From: Jiangellales bacterium
Lineage (GTDB): Bacteria > Actinomycetota > Actinomycetes > Jiangellales > Jiangellaceae
DNA length: 24,000 nt
Direction of reading: 5' to 3'
Assembly: GCA_035761805.1 (NCBI GenBank)
Contig: DASTQL010000064.1
Coordinates: forward strand, 1 to 24,000
The notes under the pieces are model-generated. The model was given only the letters and a program-made list of their open reading frames with translations. It had not been told where the DNA came from and ran no database searches. Shown piece after piece: positions 18,838 to 24,000 of this stretch (within the stretch, counting starts at the first letter, position 1; every line of letters starts with the position of its first letter). A program made the position numbers and the translations under genes.

Positions 18838-19983
18838 TCAGCCAGGGGGCCGGGAGGAGCGGGCTGCGGCCGGCCGGCGGCCGGCCGCAGCCGCCATCTC
18901 GTAGACGGCGAGGACGTCGTCGGCCACGGTCGACCAGTCGTAGCGACGCACGGCGACGGCAGCGACCTCGCTGAGCCGACGGCGGCGGGCCGGGTCGTCG
19001 AGCAGCTCGGCCAGTCCAGCGGCAAGGGCCGGGGCGTCACCGGACGGCACGAGGACGCCCAGCCGGCCCTCGTCGAGGACGGCACGGAAGGCGGCCAGGT
19101 CGCTGGCGAGGACCGGTGTGCCCGCGGCCATGGCCTCGGCGAGGACGATGCCGAACGACTCCCCGCCGGTGTGCGGCGCCACATAGACGTCACTGGACGT
19201 CAGCATGGCCGCCTTGTCCGCCTCGGACACCCCGCCCAGGAACGTCACCGACGACCGGACGTCCGCATGCATCCTCGCGCGATGCTCCTGGACGTCACCC
19301 CGGCCGGCGACGAGAAGCCGGGTGCCGGGGCGTCCCCGTACGAGCGCCGTCCACGCCTCGAGCAGGACCGGGAGGCCCTTGCGCGGCTCGTCCAGCCGTC
19401 CGAGGAAGCACGCCGTTCCCTCGGCGCCGCGCCACTCGGGGCGCGGCTCGGCCGTGGCGAAGGTGTCGACGTACAGGCCGTTGGGGATCAGCACGGGGTC
19501 GCCGCCGAAGTGCTGGACCAGGGTGGTCCGCGCCTCCTCGCTCACCGCCACCCGCGCCGTGATCTTCTCCATCGCGGGCTGGAGGATCCCGTAGGCCGCG
19601 TTCAGCGCCCGGGACCGCGACATCGAGGTGTGGAACGTTGCGACCACCGGCATCGTGGCCCACCACACCGCGAGCAGGGACAGGCTGGGGGTTGCCGGTT
19701 CGTGCACGTGCACGACGTCGAACCCGCCGTCGCCGAGCCAGCGCCGGACCCGGGTCGCCGACAGGGGCCCGAAGGTGAGCCTGGCCACCGAGCCGTTGTA
19801 ACGAACGGGCACCGCGCGGCCGGCGCCGACGACGTAGGGCGGGACGGGGGTGTCGTCGTCGGCTGGTGCCAGGACCGACACCGTGTGCCCGCGCCGTTGC
19901 AGCTCCTCGGCCAGGTCCCGCACGTGCACCTGCACCCCCCCGGGGACGTCCCAGGAGTACGGACAGACGATGCCGATCCTCAC
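18838..19983 (-). CDS. pimA: GT4 glycosyltransferase, phosphatidylinositol alpha-mannosyltransferase (PimA-like)
   Basis: The track ORF 18838..20523 is over-extended. GTG at 19983 gives VRIGIVCPYSWDVPGGVQVHVRDLAEEL. GT4 motif GGESFGIVLAEAMAAGTPVLASD. 381 aa. The start overlaps the upstream stop (GTGA). Conserved pgsA-acyltransferase-pimA context. Confidence 0.88.
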   Translation of the reverse strand: MRIGIVCPYSWDVPGGVQVHVRDLAEELQRRGHTVSVLAPADDDTPVPPYVVGAGRAVPVRYNGSVARLTFGPLSATRVRRWLGDGGFDVVHVHEPATPSLSLLAVWWATMPVVATFHTSMSRSRALNAAYGILQPAMEKITARVAVSEEARTTLVQHFGGDPVLIPNGLYVDTFATAEPRPEWRGAEGTACFLGRLDEPRKGLPVLLEAWTALVRGRPGTRLLVAGRGDVQEHRARMHADVRSSVTFLGGVSEADKAAMLTSSDVYVAPHTGGESFGIVLAEAMAAGTPVLASDLAAFRAVLDEGRLGVLVPSGDAPALAAGLAELLDDPARRRRLSEVAAVAVRRYDWSTVADDVLAVYEMAAAAGRRPAAARSSRPPG

Positions 19984-20936
19984 CGGTGGATCCCGACGCC
20001 CGGGGGTCGCCGCTGGTCGAGATCGGCCGAGAACACGGTCTGGAGCATGTGCCAGTCCTGCGGGGTCGAGCGGATGCCCGCCGAGAACACGTCGGCCAGC
20101 CGTTGCGTCATGGCCGTGTGCCGGGGGCGACCGGTGCCGTCCGCCGGTGGCGGGACCTCCTCGTGGAACCAGATGACGAGACGATGGTCGGGGGCGTCGC
20201 CCTCGTACGCGAGCGTCACCGGAAGCAGCGCGGCGCCGGTCCGTAGGGCCAGCGCGGCGGGACCGGGAGGCAGCCGGGCGGGCTCCCCCAGGAGCTCCAC
20301 CTCCACGCCTCGGGAGGTGAGGTCGCGGTCGGCGAGCAGGGGCACCAGACGGGGCTCCCGGAGCCGCCGGACGAGCGCGCCGAAGACCTCCTCGCGACCT
20401 CCGGTGAGGGGCAGGACCTCCATGCCCAGACCGGTCCGGTAGGCGACGAAGCGGTCGTACAGCCGCTCCGGACGCAGCCGCTCCGCGACGGTGGTCACGG
20501 GCACGCCCGTGAGACAGGCCCACGCACCCGCGTGGTCCCAGTTGGCCATGTGCGGGAGCGCCGCGACCACGCCGCGACCGCTCGCCAGATTGTCACGGAG
20601 CCGGTGCTCTCCCTCGACCCGGACGCGTGAGACGACCCGCTCCCGGTCCCAGTCCGGCAGGCGGAAGGCGTCGCACCAGTAGCGGAAGTAGGAGCGCATG
20701 CCAGCACGCGACGCCTCCCTGATCTCGGTCGACCCTGCGGGTACGTCCAACGCTCGCGCCAGGTTGGCCTCCAGCCGGAGCACCCCGTGGCCCTTCCGCC
20801 GCCAGGCGGCGTCGGCGAGCCGGTCGAAGGACGCGTAGGCGGCCCGCTCCGGGAGCCGCCGCACGGTCGACCAGCCACCGCCGTAGCCGAGCACGGCGAG
20901 CTGCTCACGGACACCTGCCGCCACGGGTGTGCTCAC
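19980..20936 (-). CDS. patA: Phosphatidylinositol mannoside acyltransferase (LPLAT/HtrB-family, PatA-like)
   Basis: The track ORF 19980..21434 is over-extended. The GTG at 20936 overlaps the pgsA stop (GTGA). 318 aa. HX4D acyltransferase motif LPHMANWDHAG, plus YFRYWCDAFRLP, TTVAERLRPERLYDRF and QDWHMLQ. Confidence 0.82.
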   Translation of the reverse strand: MSTPVAAGVREQLAVLGYGGGWSTVRRLPERAAYASFDRLADAAWRRKGHGVLRLEANLARALDVPAGSTEIREASRAGMRSYFRYWCDAFRLPDWDRERVVSRVRVEGEHRLRDNLASGRGVVAALPHMANWDHAGAWACLTGVPVTTVAERLRPERLYDRFVAYRTGLGMEVLPLTGGREEVFGALVRRLREPRLVPLLADRDLTSRGVEVELLGEPARLPPGPAALALRTGAALLPVTLAYEGDAPDHRLVIWFHEEVPPPADGTGRPRHTAMTQRLADVFSAGIRSTPQDWHMLQTVFSADLDQRRPPGVGIHR

Positions 20937-21550
20937 GACGGGTGGGGCAACGCCTGGCGGCGCACCTCGAGGACCCGCTGGCCGACGGTCCAGGCGCTCG
21001 CGGCGGCGAGCAGCCAGAGGACGACCTCCAGCACCTGGACCGGGAGGTCGAGGAGCCCGACCAGCCCCACGGTGAGCAGGACGGCGACGAGCCGGTCGGC
21101 GCGCTCGGCGACGCCGACGTCGGCGGTCATGCCCAGGCCCTCGGCCCGCGCCTTCGTGTACGGGACGATGGCACCGAGCGCCAGGCAGGCCAGCGCCAGC
21201 GCCGCCAGGCGCAGGTCGTCGCCCGACCCGGCGAACCACAGCACCAGGCCCCCGAACACCGCGGCGTCGCCGAACCGGTCGAGGACGGAGTCGAGGAAGG
21301 CACCCCACGAGCTGGATCGCCCGGACAGCCGGGCCATGGTCCCGTCGAGCGTGTCCGCGAAGACGAACGCCGTGATGACCAGGGTGCCGGCGAGGAACTC
21401 GCCGCGCGGGTAGAAGCCCAGGGCACCGACGCACACCCCCACCGTGCCCACCACGGTGACCACGTCCGGGCTGATCCCGGCGCGGAGGAGCCCTCGGGCC
21501 ACCGGCGTGAGGACCCGCGTCACAGCGGCGCGGGTGAAGCGGCTGAGCAT
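20933..21550 (-). CDS. pgsA: CDP-alcohol phosphatidyltransferase, phosphatidylinositol(-phosphate) synthase
   Basis: The track ORF 20933..22573 is over-extended. The CDP-alcohol motif DG-x2-AR-x8-G-x3-D-x3-D is seen as DGTMARLSGRSSSWGAFLDSVLD. ATG at 21550 gives MLSRFTRAAVTRVLTPVARGLL (205 aa). An in-frame ATG at 21589 would add 13 aa and is equally possible. Confidence 0.85.
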   Translation of the reverse strand: MLSRFTRAAVTRVLTPVARGLLRAGISPDVVTVVGTVGVCVGALGFYPRGEFLAGTLVITAFVFADTLDGTMARLSGRSSSWGAFLDSVLDRFGDAAVFGGLVLWFAGSGDDLRLAALALACLALGAIVPYTKARAEGLGMTADVGVAERADRLVAVLLTVGLVGLLDLPVQVLEVVLWLLAAASAWTVGQRVLEVRRQALPHPS

Positions 21551-21679
21551 GCGAACGGGGCCTTCGCTCGGGGTCCGGGGCGGCGCCATGCTAGCCGTGG
21601 CGAGCCCCAGGCCCTTGTGCCGTTCAGGGTCCGGGGTAAAGGCTGCCCTGGACCGGACAGGGCAAGGAGGCGAAGTCAG

Positions 21680-23833
21680 ATGGCGGACAAGCAGGCGGGG
21701 CAGGCCGGAGCCGCGGGCAGGGCACCGGTGGCCGACCGGCCCGACGAGGTGCGCAACGTCGTGCTGGTGGGCCACACGGGCTCGGGCAAGACCACGCTGG
21801 TCGAGACCCTGCTGGCGGCGACCGGGACGATCCAGCGGCCCGGCCGCGTCGAGGAGGGCACGACGGTCAGCGACCACGACGAGGCGGAGATCCGTCAACA
21901 GCGCTCGGTGGGTCTCTCCCTCGCGCCGCTCCAGCACGAGGGCACGAAGGTCAACCTGCTGGACACCCCGGGGTACGCCGACTTCGTCGGTGACCTGCGC
22001 GCCGGCCTCCGCGCCGCCGACTGCGCGCTCTTCGTCGTCTCCGCGGTGGACGGCATCGACGGGACAACACGCATGCTCTGGGAGGAGTGCGCCGCCGTCG
22101 CGATGCCGCGGGCCGTCGTTGTGACCAAGGCGGACCACGGGCGAGCGGACTGGGACGCCACGCTGACCGCCTGCCAGGAGGCGTTCGGTGAGCGGGTGCT
22201 CCCGCTCTACCTGCCGTTGCGCGACGACGGTGCCCCGCCGGGCGGGCTGCTGGCCCTGCTGAGCCAGCGCGTGGCGGACTACTCCGGCGGCGACCGCGTG
22301 GAGCGCGAGCCCGACGAGGCGGAGGCGGCCCGGATCGCGGAGGCCCGGGGTGTCCTGATCGAGGCAGTGATCGAGGAGTCCGAGGACGAGACACTCATGG
22401 ACCGCTACCTCGGCGGGGAGGAGATCGACCTCGAGGTCCTGGTCGACGACCTCGAGAAGGCCGTCGCGAAGGCCACCTTCTTCCCGGTCCTGACGACAGC
22501 GGCACCCAACCCGCTCGGGACCGCCGAGCTGCTCGAGATCATGACCAGCGCGTTCCCCTCGCCGTACGAGCACCCGCTGCCGGAGGTGACGTCACTCGAG
22601 GGCAAGCCGCGCACCGGCCTGTCCTGCGACCCGGACGGGCCCCTGCTGGCCGAGGTCGTCAAGACCACCTCGGACCCGTACGTCGGGAGGATCAGCCTGG
22701 TCCGGGTGTTCTCCGGCACGCTGCGCCCGGATCTGACGGTGCACGTGTCGGGCCACTTCCTGGCCGACCGTGGGCACGAGGAGCACGACGAGGACGAGCG
22801 GATCGGCGCGCTCAGCGCGCCGCTCGGCCGTACCCAGCGCACGGTCGGACAGTGCGTGGCGGGCGACATCTGCGCGGTCGCCAAGCTGTCCCGCGCCGAG
22901 ACCGGAGACACGCTCTCCGACAAGGACGACCCGCTGCTCATGCGGCCGTGGGCCATGCCGGAGCCGCTGCTCCCGGTGGCGATCGTCGCCCACGCCAAGG
23001 CCGACGAGGACAAGCTCTCGCAGGCTCTGCAGCGGCTCGGGGCCGAGGACCCCAGCCTCCGCCTGGAGAACAACTCCGAGACGCACCAGCTCGTGCTGTG
23101 GACGATGGGCGAGGCGCACGCCGACGTCCTCCTCGACCGGCTCCGCAACCGCTACGGCGTCGCCGTGGACCAGGTCGACCTCCGGGTCCCGCTGCGCGAG
23201 ACCTTCTCGGGTCCCGCGAAGGGGCACGGCCGTCACGTCAAGCAGTCCGGCGGCCACGGCCAGTACGCCGTCTGCGACGTCGAGGTGGAGCCACTTCCCG
23301 AGGGGTCCGGCTTCGAGTTCCGCGACCGGGTCGTGGGCGGGGCCGTCCCGCGGCAGTTCATCCCGTCGGTGGAGAAGGGTGTGCGGGCGCAGATGGCTCG
23401 CGGCGTGGCGGCCGGGTACCCGGTGGTCGACATCAAGGTGACTCTGGTCGACGGCAAGGCGCACAGCGTGGACTCGTCCGACATGGCCTTCCAGACGGCG
23501 GGGTCCCTGGCGCTGCGCGACGCGGCGGACGCGTCCGGCGTGCAGCTGCTCGAGCCGGTCGACGAGATCGGGGTCCTGGTGAGCGACGACTATGTGGGCT
23601 CGGTCATGGGCGACCTGTCCTCCCGGCGTGGCCGCGTCCTGGGCACGGAGCCGGTGGGTGTCGGTCGCACGCTCGTGCGCGCCGAGGTGCCGCAGACCGA
23701 GATCGTCCGCTACGCCATCGACCTGCGGTCCCTGAGCCAGGGCACCGGGACGTTCACCAGGCAGTTCGCCCGGTACGAGCCGATGCCCGCCCACCTGGCG
23801 ACCAAGGTCAAGGAGGCGGCGGCGTCGTCCTGA
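21680..23833 (+). CDS. Elongation factor G-like GTPase (EF-G paralogue)
   Basis: The track ORF 20927..23833 is over-extended. ATG at 21680 is preceded by AAGGAGG 9 nt upstream. 717 aa. G1 is GHTGSGKTT, switch II is DTPGYADF, and G4 is TKAD. EF-G domain IV/V blocks KQSGGHGQYAVCDVEVEP and GYPVVDIKVTLVDGKAHSVDSSDMAF are present. Confidence 0.88.
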   Translation: MADKQAGQAGAAGRAPVADRPDEVRNVVLVGHTGSGKTTLVETLLAATGTIQRPGRVEEGTTVSDHDEAEIRQQRSVGLSLAPLQHEGTKVNLLDTPGYADFVGDLRAGLRAADCALFVVSAVDGIDGTTRMLWEECAAVAMPRAVVVTKADHGRADWDATLTACQEAFGERVLPLYLPLRDDGAPPGGLLALLSQRVADYSGGDRVEREPDEAEAARIAEARGVLIEAVIEESEDETLMDRYLGGEEIDLEVLVDDLEKAVAKATFFPVLTTAAPNPLGTAELLEIMTSAFPSPYEHPLPEVTSLEGKPRTGLSCDPDGPLLAEVVKTTSDPYVGRISLVRVFSGTLRPDLTVHVSGHFLADRGHEEHDEDERIGALSAPLGRTQRTVGQCVAGDICAVAKLSRAETGDTLSDKDDPLLMRPWAMPEPLLPVAIVAHAKADEDKLSQALQRLGAEDPSLRLENNSETHQLVLWTMGEAHADVLLDRLRNRYGVAVDQVDLRVPLRETFSGPAKGHGRHVKQSGGHGQYAVCDVEVEPLPEGSGFEFRDRVVGGAVPRQFIPSVEKGVRAQMARGVAAGYPVVDIKVTLVDGKAHSVDSSDMAFQTAGSLALRDAADASGVQLLEPVDEIGVLVSDDYVGSVMGDLSSRRGRVLGTEPVGVGRTLVRAEVPQTEIVRYAIDLRSLSQGTGTFTRQFARYEPMPAHLATKVKEAAASS

Positions 23834-24000
23834 TCGACGCCCACGGCGGCAGGGGTAGCGACTGGTCCAGGGCGGCCAGCGTCAGGAGGACGAGGGCGGA
23901 GGTCCAGGCCAGCGGGGCGACCGACACCGGCCCGTCGGGGGCCACCCGTTCCGGGAAGGACCCGATGCCGGTGCGGTGCGCGACCAGCCAGTCGAGGTGG
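23808..24000 (-). CDS. 3' end of a convergent ORF (5' end outside window), tentatively (alpha/alpha)6-barrel glycoside hydrolase-like (GH15-like)
   Basis: This ORF is not in the track because no start lies in the window. The minus-strand frame from 23999 is open for 63 codons with very high GC3. Translation: HLDWLVAHRTGIGSFPERVAPDGPVSVAPLAWTSALVLLTLAAL... It ends at the TGA at 23808-23810. The G.FPE...PLAW(S/T).A pattern recalls GH15 C-termini. The family call is weak. Confidence 0.45.
   Translation of the reverse strand, partial: HLDWLVAHRTGIGSFPERVAPDGPVSVAPLAWTSALVLLTLAALDQSLPLPPWASIRTTPPPP

Noticed and set aside
18283-20442. 719-aa plus-strand ORF antisense to the LemA-like gene, pimA and the acyltransferase
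   Set aside because: This is a shadow ORF with Arg/Pro/Gly-rich composition that crosses three gene boundaries.
20927-21679. 5' extension of the EF-G-like ORF (the 968-aa version), and similar long N-terminal extensions of ruvA, ruvC, pdxT, pimA, acyltransferase and pgsA ORFs
   Set aside because: The extensions are Arg/Pro/Gly-rich and overlap the upstream genes. They precede conserved family N-termini that coincide with Shine-Dalgarno sequences or 4-nt stop-start overlaps.

Overview
High-GC (Actinomycetota-type) chromosomal core region, almost fully coding. The gene order is cyclophilin PPIase (5'-truncated), DUF349 protein, then a long minus-strand run of relA, apt, secF, secD, yajC, ruvB, ruvA and ruvC. 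An arginine deiminase (ADI) module follows: a 74-aa ORF, a YfcC/ArcD-family transporter, and divergently arcA-arcB-arcC. A second minus-strand run carries yebC, pdxT, pdxS, a LemA-like membrane protein, pimA, the PIM acyltransferase (patA-like) and the PI synthase (pgsA). A divergent EF-G paralogue and the 3' end of a convergent glycoside-hydrolase-like ORF close the window. From memory, the backbone order matches the conserved relA-ruv-pdx-pim region of Streptomyces and other actinobacteria. The only piece that looks accessory is the roughly 5.4 kb ADI module between ruvC and yebC. Many ORF-track entries are over-extended at the 5' end. I re-called starts from conserved N-termini, Shine-Dalgarno sequences and 4-nt GTGA/ATGA stop-start overlaps. 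I see no tRNA, rRNA, CRISPR array, transposase, integrase or recognisable defence genes. I do not see convincing evidence for a new multi-gene system. The findings worth a second look are modest. They are the ADI insertion with a palindrome-dense divergent promoter and no cognate regulator, an unannotated 74-aa ORF, an EF-G paralogue with altered catalytic GTPase motifs, a LemA-like gene translationally coupled between PIM and PLP biosynthesis genes, and a canonical LexA box that marks the left edge of the insertion.
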